Assembly (NCBI GenBank): GCA_947627175.1
Contig: CANQVA010000007.1
Location: forward strand, 1,050 to 65,049
Direction of reading: 5' to 3'
DNA length: 64,000 bases
Source of the DNA: an uncultured Ruminococcus sp.
GTDB taxonomy: Bacteria; Bacillota; Clostridia; Oscillospirales; Ruminococcaceae
Shown: positions 8,521 to 17,381 of the stretch, piece by piece
How positions within the stretch are numbered: position 1 is the stretch's first letter
Layout: each line of letters opens with the position of its first letter
Program-made: the position numbers and the translations under genes
Notes under the pieces: model-generated
Database searches by the model: none
What the model was told of the DNA's origin: nothing
What the model saw: only the letters and a program-made list of their open reading frames with translations

Positions 8521-9623
8521 AATATATCATCAGTTTGAATAAGAAGTCCGAATTTTTCGGCAGTTTCAAGCAAAACGTCATTGCCCTTGTTCATAGTCCC
8601 CCATTTGTTACAAGTATTTATTACAGCAGAACATTTTTTCATTATCTCCAGTGCTTTTTTTACAGATAAATCGCTTACAGGTTCAAAAGCCTTTTCTATA
8701 ACTGTTTCGACTGCAAGTGACATAATTACAGGATATTCAATGTCATTTTCATGAACGACACCTGCGGAAAATGGTATTCCCATACGCTGTAAACGCCGAT
8801 AAACAGATATACCGTCACCGCCTCCCGATATAACAAATATCTGCGGTTTTCCTTGTGGACGTTCCAGTTCTGCGGAGCAATAATAATGATTAAAATTTTT
8901 ATTATTCATGTTATAAAGTCTGCTGATATAGTCACCTGAAAAAATTTCTTCAGGCGTGCCGTTTTTTTCTGCCATACCGTTATTTATGCAGATAATACGG
9001 TCAGAAACTTTCTGTGCAAGGTCAAGTTCATGCAGTGACATAATTACTGCAAGATTTTTTTCTTTCACAAGTTTTTTCAGTATATTCAGAAGTTCAAGTT
9101 TATGATGTATGTCAAGAAAAGATGTAGGCTCATCAAGTACAAGTATTTCAGGTTCTTGACATATCGCCCTTGCAAGCATTACACGCTGTCGCTGTCCGTC
9201 GCTTATACAGTTGAAATCAGTGTATTTCAAAGACTCTACACCGACAAGTTTCATCGCTTCATCAGTTTTTTTACTATCATTTTTTGAAAGTATTCCAAGT
9301 CTGTTTGTATACGGATAACGCCCCGATTCAACTACATCTCCGCAAGTCATAAGTTCAGGTTCAATGCGTTCCGTCATTACGGCAGACATACTTCTTGAAA
9401 CTTCGTTACCGCTCATTTCACGGATATTTTTGCCATTTATAAAAACCGCTCCGCCCATGATTTCAAGCTGTTGCAATATGCTTTTAAGTATTGTAGACTT
9501 TCCCGAACCATTAGCACCTATAATAGTAAGTATTTCTCCGTGACGTACTTTAAAATCAATATCACCGACTATTATTTTTTTTCCATACCCTACTGAAAGA
9601 TTTTCCGCACATATTACATTCAT
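8502..9623 (-). CDS. FecE/BtuD-type ABC ATPase with an extra ~125-aa C-terminal domain
   Basis: Walker A GANGSGKST, signature ISDGQRQRV, Walker B ILVLDEP, H-loop SLHEL within the first ~250 aa. An added alpha/beta-looking domain follows (IFVISGGGDG...IPFSAGVVHEND...AVINTC). Confidence 0.85.
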   Translation of the reverse strand: MNVICAENLSVGYGKKIIVGDIDFKVRHGEILTIIGANGSGKSTILKSILQQLEIMGGAVFINGKNIREMSGNEVSRSMSAVMTERIEPELMTCGDVVESGRYPYTNRLGILSKNDSKKTDEAMKLVGVESLKYTDFNCISDGQRQRVMLARAICQEPEILVLDEPTSFLDIHHKLELLNILKKLVKEKNLAVIMSLHELDLAQKVSDRIICINNGMAEKNGTPEEIFSGDYISRLYNMNNKNFNHYYCSAELERPQGKPQIFVISGGGDGISVYRRLQRMGIPFSAGVVHENDIEYPVIMSLAVETVIEKAFEPVSDLSVKKALEIMKKCSAVINTCNKWGTMNKGNDVLLETAEKFGLLIQTDDILKKLRL

Positions 9624-9624
9624 T

Positions 9625-10638
9625 TCACAATTTCCTCCGCTGTTTTTTAAGCATTATCCACATTACAACAGGTGAACCGAATACTGCTGTAACTGAACTT
9701 ATACTCAATTCTACAGGTGAAAAAAGCGTCCTTGCTATCAAATCACAAAAAAGACAGAAAACTGCTCCGCCAAGAAAAGACGCAGGAATTATAATTATCG
9801 GTTTTGCCGTTCCGAAAAGGCTTTTGACAAGATGCGGTACAGCTATCCCCACGAATGAAACAGGCCCTGCAAAAGCCGTTACACAGGCAGAAAGCAAGCT
9901 GGACAAAAGAATAAGTTCCGCACGGAATAGTTTTATATTTACGCCCATATTTATAGCATATCCCTCCCCCATTTGATACGCACTCATAGGTTTTGACATA
10001 AGAAATGCACACACAAGCAAAACAAATGATATAATGGAAATTACTTTTATATCGTCCCAATCCGTTCCCGAAAAAGTTCCCATAGACCAGTTATGAAGAT
10101 TGACAATGTTTGAATCATCCGCAAAGGTCACTATAATATCAGTCACAGCAGAACATATGTAACCAATCATTACACCGCTTATTATCAGAACTGACATTTT
10201 TTTTACTCTTCCCGAAATAATAAGAATAAATCCCATTGACATAATTGAACCGATAAACGCAGAAATTACAAGTGACGCTGAATTGAGAATAATTCCCCTG
10301 CTTAGAAAAAATATCATCACTGCCGCCGAAACAAGTTTTGCACCCGACGAAATTCCGAGTATAAAAGGCCCTGCAATGGGATTTGAAAAAAACGTCTGCA
10401 AAAGAAAGCCTGACAGCGATAACGCTCCGCCGAGAATCAAAGCCGATGTAATTCTTGGCAGTCTTATTTTGAATATTATATTATACTCTGAAATATCATT
10501 GCTTTTTCCGAAAAGTATGTCAATAACCTCATTCAGCGAAAATTTTACACTTCCTGATATAAGATTTAAAAAAAACAGTATACACATACAAGTAAGCAGA
10601 ATAAGAAAGCCTGTGAAATAACGTGATTTTTTATTCAT
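9625..10638 (-). CDS. FecCD/BtuC-family ABC permease
   Basis: Polytopic 337-aa protein with typical FecCD features (RLPRI, GxxLSLSG, GPVSFVGIAVPH). Confidence 0.85.
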   Translation of the reverse strand: MNKKSRYFTGFLILLTCMCILFFLNLISGSVKFSLNEVIDILFGKSNDISEYNIIFKIRLPRITSALILGGALSLSGFLLQTFFSNPIAGPFILGISSGAKLVSAAVMIFFLSRGIILNSASLVISAFIGSIMSMGFILIISGRVKKMSVLIISGVMIGYICSAVTDIIVTFADDSNIVNLHNWSMGTFSGTDWDDIKVISIISFVLLVCAFLMSKPMSAYQMGEGYAINMGVNIKLFRAELILLSSLLSACVTAFAGPVSFVGIAVPHLVKSLFGTAKPIIIIPASFLGGAVFCLFCDLIARTLFSPVELSISSVTAVFGSPVVMWIMLKKQRRKL

Positions 10639-10649
10639 AATTCCTCCAT

Positions 10650-11792
10650 TCAGTAAAGTCTGTGCATAAATTCAAGCTGTTTTTCAGTATCCGCTTTACC
10701 GGTGACTATAAGATAAATGTCATGTATCATTTCAGACGCTCCTGTTGTCTGCTGAAACATATTTTTTTCCGTACACCATACATTATTATTTTTTACGGCA
10801 CGGAAATCCGCAAGCAGTTCATTTTTTTCAATAAGCTGTGAAACGTTTTCAAGCTCTCCGTCGATTGTACTATTATATATTATATAATCTGCGTCCTTTG
10901 CTTTCTGATAGAAAGATTCCATTTCCATATTCATTGTTGAAAGGGCATTGTCCTCAATATTCAGGTCATCTTCCGTAAAAATATATCGTCCTCCCGCAAG
11001 TTCTATCATTTTTGAAATATAGTCATCAGGCTTGCGGATATTAGCATATCCGTTAGATGTTATATAGAAAAATGCAACTGTTTTCCGTTCGTTTTCGGGA
11101 ATATCTGTATCTTCTGATACTTCACCGAAAATTTTCATTTTTTCATTGAAAAATTCTTCTGCTTCTTTTTCACGTCCCATAATAAGACCGTAAAGTTTTA
11201 TCCATTCAAGCCGCCCGAGGGGGTGAGTTTCATAGCTTGACCGCTCAACCATTACGGGCACATCAAGACTTTCAAGCTGTTCCTTTGTTTCGGGGCTATG
11301 ATAAATCATTGTCGATTCAAGAGCAAGTCCGCAGTTTTCAGAAAGTATTGTTTCATAGTCAGGCGTGCTGTATTTCCCGACATACGTCATATTTCCGCTT
11401 TCAATGGCATTTTGTACAGACGGCAGACTCCAGTCACTTAATTTTGTAGAAGTCATTTTTACTTCATCAAGTGAACCTATACCGTCGAACAAATCCATTG
11501 ATGACGATGCGGCAACATATATATTTTCTACAGGTTGATGTATTACTGTAATATCACTGTCTGTTTCGGGTTCAGGTACACCCTCCGGAACAAGCAGAAA
11601 TTTCTGACCGTCAGCTATATTTATTTCATAACTTCCGTCGTCAAGAGAATACACCGAGAACTGTTCCGCATATTCAAGACTAATTTTGTTTTTTGAATGA
11701 ACATTTTCTGTAGATGTCTTTGCCGTACCGCACGAACAGCAAAAAATATTAAATACTATCAGCGGAATTATAAATTTAATTTTACTAATCAT
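10650..11792 (-). CDS. lipoprotein, type-III periplasmic-binding-protein (BtuF/FhuD-like) substrate-binding component
   Basis: Signal peptide with Cys-rich lipobox region (IFCCSCG). Position ahead of the FecCD permease and ATPase. 4-nt overlap with the upstream gene. Confidence 0.7.
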   Translation of the reverse strand: MISKIKFIIPLIVFNIFCCSCGTAKTSTENVHSKNKISLEYAEQFSVYSLDDGSYEINIADGQKFLLVPEGVPEPETDSDITVIHQPVENIYVAASSSMDLFDGIGSLDEVKMTSTKLSDWSLPSVQNAIESGNMTYVGKYSTPDYETILSENCGLALESTMIYHSPETKEQLESLDVPVMVERSSYETHPLGRLEWIKLYGLIMGREKEAEEFFNEKMKIFGEVSEDTDIPENERKTVAFFYITSNGYANIRKPDDYISKMIELAGGRYIFTEDDLNIEDNALSTMNMEMESFYQKAKDADYIIYNSTIDGELENVSQLIEKNELLADFRAVKNNNVWCTEKNMFQQTTGASEMIHDIYLIVTGKADTEKQLEFMHRLY

Positions 11793-12697
11793 AATTTTAC
11801 AATCGTAGACGAATCGAAATAAAGTGTATATTCTATTTCATGAGGTGTACTCATTGCAGTAGTATCGGCTGATACAGGCATTTTAAAATCAAACGATGAT
11901 ACGGGAATTTCAAATGTTGAATTTTCTACTTCCGATATAGGCAGATATTTTTCACTATCAACAATCATATAATCATAATTACTACTGTTCCATATTATTT
12001 TTGCCGTTGCCACGCCGTCTGCAATAGTCAATTGAGTATGCGGTAATATGCTTGCTTTTCCCGAACCGCCCTCAAGTGATACTTCAATTGTGTAATCGCC
12101 GTCAGTAAGTCCCAATGATTCAACAGTATTTACTGTGCCGTCCGCAAAGGCATCTGATGGGAGAGAATCTGCACGGAAAAGTATTGTGCGGTCATACCAT
12201 TTTTCTTTTTTGTCGCTGAATGCCGTGCAGTCTATTCCCATGTCAAGAGCCTCAACCGGCACTGTGAACTTATGAACGCCGTTATCTTCCACAAAATCTA
12301 TATATTCACTTTCATCTGCCGTTTCAGCTTCCGCACCTGTTCCCATAAAAAGATACCTGTAGCCTGTTCCGCTCATAGTCATAACAGCAGACATTTTGCC
12401 TTCCTTGACAGTAAGTTCACACGCCGTTATTTTAAACATTGAAGAACTTGAATTTACTTCAATCGGATATATTCCGTCCTTTATTTCGTCTGCATAAACG
12501 GGTGTCATTCCCTCTTCCACTACTTCAACAGGTGCAACTGTTCCGCCCTGAAAATCAACATTTTCTTCACTTTCAGCAACTTCTTCCTGTTCCGTAACTA
12601 ATGCTGAACTTTCTGTTTCTGATGACGTACTTTCACTGCATGACACAGACATTGATGCAAATACGCACATCATACATAATAATAAAATCTTTTTCAT
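11789..12697 (-). CDS. surface lipoprotein of unknown function with two homologous ~100-aa beta-rich modules
   Basis: Lipobox SVSC, then an acidic linker. Module 1 begins DGIYPIEVNSSSSMFKITACELTVKEGKMSAVMTMSGTGYRYLFMG. Module 2 begins DGDYTIEVSLEGGSGKASILPHTQLTIADGVATAKIIWNSSNYDYMIV. Confidence 0.7.
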   Translation of the reverse strand: MKKILLLCMMCVFASMSVSCSESTSSETESSALVTEQEEVAESEENVDFQGGTVAPVEVVEEGMTPVYADEIKDGIYPIEVNSSSSMFKITACELTVKEGKMSAVMTMSGTGYRYLFMGTGAEAETADESEYIDFVEDNGVHKFTVPVEALDMGIDCTAFSDKKEKWYDRTILFRADSLPSDAFADGTVNTVESLGLTDGDYTIEVSLEGGSGKASILPHTQLTIADGVATAKIIWNSSNYDYMIVDSEKYLPISEVENSTFEIPVSSFDFKMPVSADTTAMSTPHEIEYTLYFDSSTIVKL

Positions 12698-12749
12698 AAA
12701 TACCTCACATTAAAACAGCGGAAAGAAAATTTCCCTCCGCTATATTTTT

Positions 12750-13787
12750 TTATTTTATTGAATCAATAGCAGTCTGTGCATGGTCAACATAAATCTGTCT
12801 TATATCCTCATTTTCGCCCAGACCCCTTAAAATACACTCTACTTCATAGCCTTCCGCCTCAAAAACAGACTTCCATGAATCTTCTTCATCGCCTGCCATA
12901 TCGTTGTTTGCATGGTCACCACAAACTACCATAAGCGGTTCAAGGACAACCTTTTCATATTCACCATCTTTAACTTTTGCAAGTATGGTGTCAATTGAAG
13001 GTTCAGCCTCAACTGTTCCTATGAAATAATTTTCATATCCGTCGGCAATAAGTAAATCCTGCATTTTCTGATAAACGCCGTTTGACTCAGCCTCTGTACC
13101 GTGACCCATGAAACATATAGCTGTCTTTCCGTCATCATACTCGGCAGTCCAGTCAACTATTGCCTGCTCAACTCGCTTGAAATCGTCGTCACTTGTAAGA
13201 AGTGGTTCACCAAAAGCAACTTTTTCAAAAGCGTCTGAATACTGTGCAACTTCATCAATGATATCATTGTATTCAAGACCATTCATAAGGTGAGTTGGCT
13301 GTACAACAAGATTCTTTACTTCATTTGCAACAGCTCTGTCAAGTGATGCCTTTACATTATCTATAAGAACGTCATCACGCCTTTTAACGTGGTCAATGAT
13401 TATATCAGCAGTAAATCCACGCCTTACAGAATAATCAGGGAACGCCGTTTCAAGTGCATTTTCAATTGCACCTATAGTAAGACGGCGACTATCGTTAAAG
13501 CTTGTACCAAAACTTACAACAAGCAATTCATTTTCACCGATTTCGTTCTGATTTCTTACATTATCCAGAGACGCATCACCGGTATCATAATTTTCTTCGT
13601 CCTCTGATGTTTCTGCATCTGATTCTTCGGCATTTTCCGTTTCAGATTCAGATTCAGTTTCAGCCACTGTTTCGGAAACTGATGATTCAGAAACAGAACC
13701 GCTTTCGGAAACTGATGAATTATTATCTCCGCAAGCTGTAAACAATGTGCTTGCCATAGCAAGACAAAGTATAGTTAATTTTTTCAT
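12750..13787 (-). CDS. exported lipoprotein with a CbiK-type (class II chelatase) domain
   Basis: Lipoprotein signal MKKLTILCLAMASTLFTAC, then a ~60-aa Ser/Glu-rich linker. CbiK-like LLVVSFGTSFNDSRR, VVQPTHLMNGLEY and FMGHGTEAESN, so both chelatase His motifs are retained. Confidence 0.75.
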   Translation of the reverse strand: MKKLTILCLAMASTLFTACGDNNSSVSESGSVSESSVSETVAETESESETENAEESDAETSEDEENYDTGDASLDNVRNQNEIGENELLVVSFGTSFNDSRRLTIGAIENALETAFPDYSVRRGFTADIIIDHVKRRDDVLIDNVKASLDRAVANEVKNLVVQPTHLMNGLEYNDIIDEVAQYSDAFEKVAFGEPLLTSDDDFKRVEQAIVDWTAEYDDGKTAICFMGHGTEAESNGVYQKMQDLLIADGYENYFIGTVEAEPSIDTILAKVKDGEYEKVVLEPLMVVCGDHANNDMAGDEEDSWKSVFEAEGYEVECILRGLGENEDIRQIYVDHAQTAIDSIK

Positions 13788-13831
13788 AAGTAATTCAATC
13801 CTTTCTGTTATACAAAAAGGTAATCAATTGT

Positions 13832-13861
13832 AAAAAAAGCCTTCCGCACACGGCAGAAAGC
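13832..13861 (-). terminator. riboswitch expression-platform terminator
   Basis: On the minus strand GCTTTCTGCCG-TGTG-CGGAAGGC is an imperfect hairpin followed by T7, about 45 nt before the RBS/ATG at 13787. Confidence 0.55.
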
Positions 13862-13939
13862 ATTGCAAAGCAGACCGTGTGTAAACACAGCCTAAAAAAC
13901 AGTACAATCAATACCTCGTGACCTGAAAATAATAATATT

Positions 13940-14155
13940 TTCTGTACCAACATTCCGGCAGGTTTCCTGACTCAAGGTTCATCGTATACGGCAAGCCTTC
14001 CCGACTGAATATCAGTGACTTCACCATGAAAAATCACAGCAAAAAGCCGTACACTCCCCAATCACAGTGACGAGTTCGCACAGGATTCACACCTGTTTCC
14101 CTTTTACCTTTTGACCCCGCAGAAAGCGGACAAAAGCACCGGACTGCTATTTAAT
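13940..14155 (-). promoter_or_regulatory. cobalamin (B12) riboswitch
   Basis: On the minus strand: AAGGGAAACAGGTGTGAATCCTG (rc of 14083-14103), CACTGTGATTGGGGA, and B12 box AGTCAGGAAACCTGCCGG (rc of 13955-13972). It lies in a 478-nt non-coding gap. Boundaries are approximate. Confidence 0.85.
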
Positions 14156-14177
14156 TTTTTGTGATATCACATATATT

Positions 14178-14206
14178 ATTATAGCAGTATTCACAAACAA
14201 ATGCAA
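14178..14206 (-). promoter_or_regulatory. promoter of the riboswitch-controlled uptake operon
   Basis: TTGCAT (rc 14201-14206), 17-nt spacer, TATAAT (rc 14178-14183). Confidence 0.65.
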
Positions 14207-14265
14207 GCATTTTTGTAATTTTGTACAATAAATCAATTTGAATTAACTTTATATACTTTTTTTGC

Positions 14266-14889
14266 CTATTTTGTCATATAAAGTAAGGCATTACAAATTG
14301 CCGCCGCAACGTTGCTACCACCTTTACGTCCTTTTGCGACTATGTACGGCACGCCCGTCCGCATTATCATTTCCTTTGACTGTATAACATTCACAAAACC
14401 AACAGGCACGCCTATAACAAGTTCCGGAATAAAAGTCTTATTTTCTATGTGTTCACAAAGTCTTATCAAGGCAGTTGGAGCATTTCCAACCGCATATATA
14501 ATCGGTCTTTTAAGTTTGCTTGCCTTATCAACAGATGCAGACGCTCTTGTTGTGCCGTTTCTTTTCGCACATTCGGCAACGTCACTGTCAGCCATAAAAC
14601 ACATTGCCTCACAGCCAAGTCTTTCAAGTGCTTTTTTGTTTATTCCTGATTTTGTCATGTTCGTATCAGTGACAATTACTGCACCTTTTTTAAGCAAATT
14701 GACTGCATGGTCAATGACATTTTCCGAAAAACACATATTATTATAATAATCAAAATCGGCAGTTGTATGAATTACCCTCATAACAACAGGCTTTATATCG
14801 TCCGCAAGTTTTCTGTCACCGAGTTCACATTCTATTATTTCAAAACTTCTCTTTTCTATTTCGTCGGGCAATACATATTCAAGTTCCAA
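14266..14889 (-). CDS. cbiC: cobalt-precorrin-8 methylmutase
   Basis: VIHTTADFDY, VTDTNM, AVGNAPTAL motifs. 207 aa. Lies within the cob cluster. Confidence 0.9.
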   Translation of the reverse strand: MELEYVLPDEIEKRSFEIIECELGDRKLADDIKPVVMRVIHTTADFDYYNNMCFSENVIDHAVNLLKKGAVIVTDTNMTKSGINKKALERLGCEAMCFMADSDVAECAKRNGTTRASASVDKASKLKRPIIYAVGNAPTALIRLCEHIENKTFIPELVIGVPVGFVNVIQSKEMIMRTGVPYIVAKGRKGGSNVAAAICNALLYMTK

Positions 14890-14890
14890 A

Positions 14891-16354
14891 TTATTTCACT
14901 CCATTTTCAATAATTCTGTAAAGCATATCCATATTTATATTGTTTCTCACACTGTCAGCAAGTATGTCAAACTGCTTTTCCTTATATTCCCGACGGTCTG
15001 AATTTCCGCCCATATAATTTATGCCTTTTTCTTCAAAAAGTCTGCGTACTATTCTTTCGGAAACACTGTCAAAAATCCCGTGAACGTAACAACCGTAAAC
15101 ATTATTTTTATATGAACCTCCGCAGGACGTTAAAGTATTACCCATGTTTTCAGTAATTCCCATATGTATTTCATATCCCGAAAACTCAGCACCTGAAAGA
15201 CACGAAAAAAAACCCTCTATATCAAGAAACTTTCCGCTCACTTGTGACTGATTTTTTTCTCTGCTGAAAACCGTTGTACAATCAAGAAGATTCATTCCGT
15301 CAATACTTCCGCCGTTTTCTGTTTCAAGGGGGTCTGAAATTTTTCTTCCGAGCATCTGATACCCTCCGCATATAGCAAAAATCGGCACACCCTTTTCCGC
15401 ACGTTTTTTTATCATTGCTTCAATACCGTTTTCACGAATCCATTTCATATCGGAAATTGTGCTTTTAGTTCCCGGAATTATTATCATATCGGCTTTTTCA
15501 AGTTCTGTATATTTTGTCACATAGCGAACGCTTACACCGTCATATTGTGAAAATACGTCAAAGTCCGTAAAATTTGATATTCGTGGCAGTCTTATAACTA
15601 CAATGTCAATAATTCCGTTGCTGTTGTTTTCAAGTTTATGCGAAAGGCTGTCCTCATCCTCAATATCACAGTTTATATACGGCACTACACCGAGAACGGC
15701 TTTATTGCTACGCTGACGCAGAATGTCCACACCGCTGTTAAACAGCGATTTGTCACCCCTGAATTTATTCACAACAAGCCCTTTAACAAGATTGCGTTCA
15801 TCAGATTCAAGAAGATTAAGAGTGCCGATAAGCTGTGCAAAAATACCGCCCCTGTCAATATCGCCCACAAGAAGTACGGGAGATTCAGCAAGTTTTGCCA
15901 TACCCATATTTACAATATCGTCTTGTTTCAGATTGAGTTCTACAGGACTTCCTGCACCCTCTATTACTATTATATCGCTATGTGCTGAAAGTTCATTGTA
16001 CGCTTTCATAATATCAGGAATAAATTCTTTCTTTCTCCTGAAATATTCCCTTGCACTCATATTTCCTATTGGTCTGCCGTTTACTATAACTTGTGAGCCG
16101 GTATCAGTTGTAGGTTTAAGCAAAATAGGATTCATAAGCGGTGACGGTTCTGCACCTGCCGCTTCAGCCTGCATTGCCTGTGCCCGTCCTATTTCACTGC
16201 CGTTTCTTGTTATGTACGAATTAAGAGCCATATTTTGCGATTTGAACGGTACACACAAATAACCGTCCTGTCTGAATATTCTGCAAAGTGCGGCAGTAAA
16301 AAAACTTTTTCCGACGTTTGACATCGTCCCTTGAATCATTATAGATTTAGCCAT
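14891..16354 (-). CDS. cbiP: cobyric acid synthase
   Basis: N-terminal IMIQGTMSNVGKS P-loop and a C-terminal GATase-like domain (ICGGYQMLG). 487 aa. Confidence 0.9.
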   Translation of the reverse strand: MAKSIMIQGTMSNVGKSFFTAALCRIFRQDGYLCVPFKSQNMALNSYITRNGSEIGRAQAMQAEAAGAEPSPLMNPILLKPTTDTGSQVIVNGRPIGNMSAREYFRRKKEFIPDIMKAYNELSAHSDIIVIEGAGSPVELNLKQDDIVNMGMAKLAESPVLLVGDIDRGGIFAQLIGTLNLLESDERNLVKGLVVNKFRGDKSLFNSGVDILRQRSNKAVLGVVPYINCDIEDEDSLSHKLENNSNGIIDIVVIRLPRISNFTDFDVFSQYDGVSVRYVTKYTELEKADMIIIPGTKSTISDMKWIRENGIEAMIKKRAEKGVPIFAICGGYQMLGRKISDPLETENGGSIDGMNLLDCTTVFSREKNQSQVSGKFLDIEGFFSCLSGAEFSGYEIHMGITENMGNTLTSCGGSYKNNVYGCYVHGIFDSVSERIVRRLFEEKGINYMGGNSDRREYKEKQFDILADSVRNNINMDMLYRIIENGVK

Positions 16355-17381
16355 TCAAAATCCTCCTCAGTGCTGATACAAGAATAATATTTTCCTCATG
16401 ATTTCTGACAGCAGTCCTGAAAAAACCTTTTTCAAGTCCTCTGTAATTACTACAATTTCTTATCAGAATTTTATCCCTTTCAAGAAGTACATCAAGAGGT
16501 AAATCACTTTTGAAAAAAATAAAATTTGCCTCCGGTTGAAATACTTTCAGTCCCATTTCTGAAAATTCATTTATAAGAAACTCACGTTCTTTTCTGATAA
16601 GTTCAACAGTTTTCAATAAATAATCAGTTTCGCCAAGTGCAGAAATTCCTGCGGACTGTGCAGGCACGGAAACACTCCAATATTGCCCTGTATGCTGTAC
16701 TTTTTCAGCTAATTCACTGCTTCCGAAAACAGCATATCCAAGTCTTAAACCTGCCATGGCATATATTTTTGTGAAAGCCTTCAGAATAATTATTTTACTG
16801 TTAAGAAAATTATGTGAACTTTTATTTTTTCCGTCACATACAAAGTCCATAAAGCACTCGTCACATACAAGTATAATATCATTTTTCAGGCATTTTTCAG
16901 CGATATTTTCAAGCAAAACGGAATTTACAGTTTTCCCTGTGGGATTGTTCGGACTGCAAAGAAAAACAATGTCAATATCATTTGTAAGCAGTTCGACAAA
17001 ATCAGGCATGACATCAAAATTATTTTTTTCAGACAAAATATATTCTGTGATTTTACAATTGTTTTCTGTAAGTGCTTTTCCGTACTCTGCAAAAGACGGC
17101 GAACAGATAACAGCATTTTCAGGTTTCATAGCTGCAATAATTCTGTATATAAGGTCGTCCGCACCGTTTCCGCAGACAATACAGCCTGATGGAACATTTT
17201 CATAATCTGAAATTTTCCCGACAAGTTCAGTACAAAAAGGGTCAGGATATTTGTTACATAAATAAGCCGATTCAATAACGGCATTTCTTACACTCTCAGG
17301 CATTCCAAGAGGATTGATATTTGCCGAAAAATCAAGATAATTTTTATATTTATATATATTTCCTCCGTGTTCGTCCGTCAT
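16347..17381 (-). CDS. cobD: threonine-phosphate decarboxylase (class I/II aminotransferase fold)
   Basis: HGGNIY start motif, PLP-enzyme layout, position between cbiB and cbiP. Confidence 0.8.
   Translation of the reverse strand: MTDEHGGNIYKYKNYLDFSANINPLGMPESVRNAVIESAYLCNKYPDPFCTELVGKISDYENVPSGCIVCGNGADDLIYRIIAAMKPENAVICSPSFAEYGKALTENNCKITEYILSEKNNFDVMPDFVELLTNDIDIVFLCSPNNPTGKTVNSVLLENIAEKCLKNDIILVCDECFMDFVCDGKNKSSHNFLNSKIIILKAFTKIYAMAGLRLGYAVFGSSELAEKVQHTGQYWSVSVPAQSAGISALGETDYLLKTVELIRKEREFLINEFSEMGLKVFQPEANFIFFKSDLPLDVLLERDKILIRNCSNYRGLEKGFFRTAVRNHEENIILVSALRRILNG

Noticed and set aside
8339-8542. 67-aa ORF
   Set aside because: It is translated straight through tRNA-Leu and its two terminators, so it is not coding.
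12698-12749. Hairpin between the two lipoprotein genes as an internal terminator
   Set aside because: The stem is imperfect (AGCGGA..TCCGCT plus GAAA/TTTC) and the trailing T-run is weak. It is probably only an mRNA-stability or processing element, so it is not listed as a feature.
15723-16262. 179-aa plus-strand ORF, plus similar long antisense ORFs at 45893-46486, 61766-62275, 31719-32198, 14312-14746 and 54179-54628
   Set aside because: Each lies fully inside a strongly supported gene on the opposite strand (cbiP, pdp, GH13, flavoprotein, cbiC, dockerin protein). Their products are low-complexity Ser/Phe/Ile- or Val/Ser-rich sequences.
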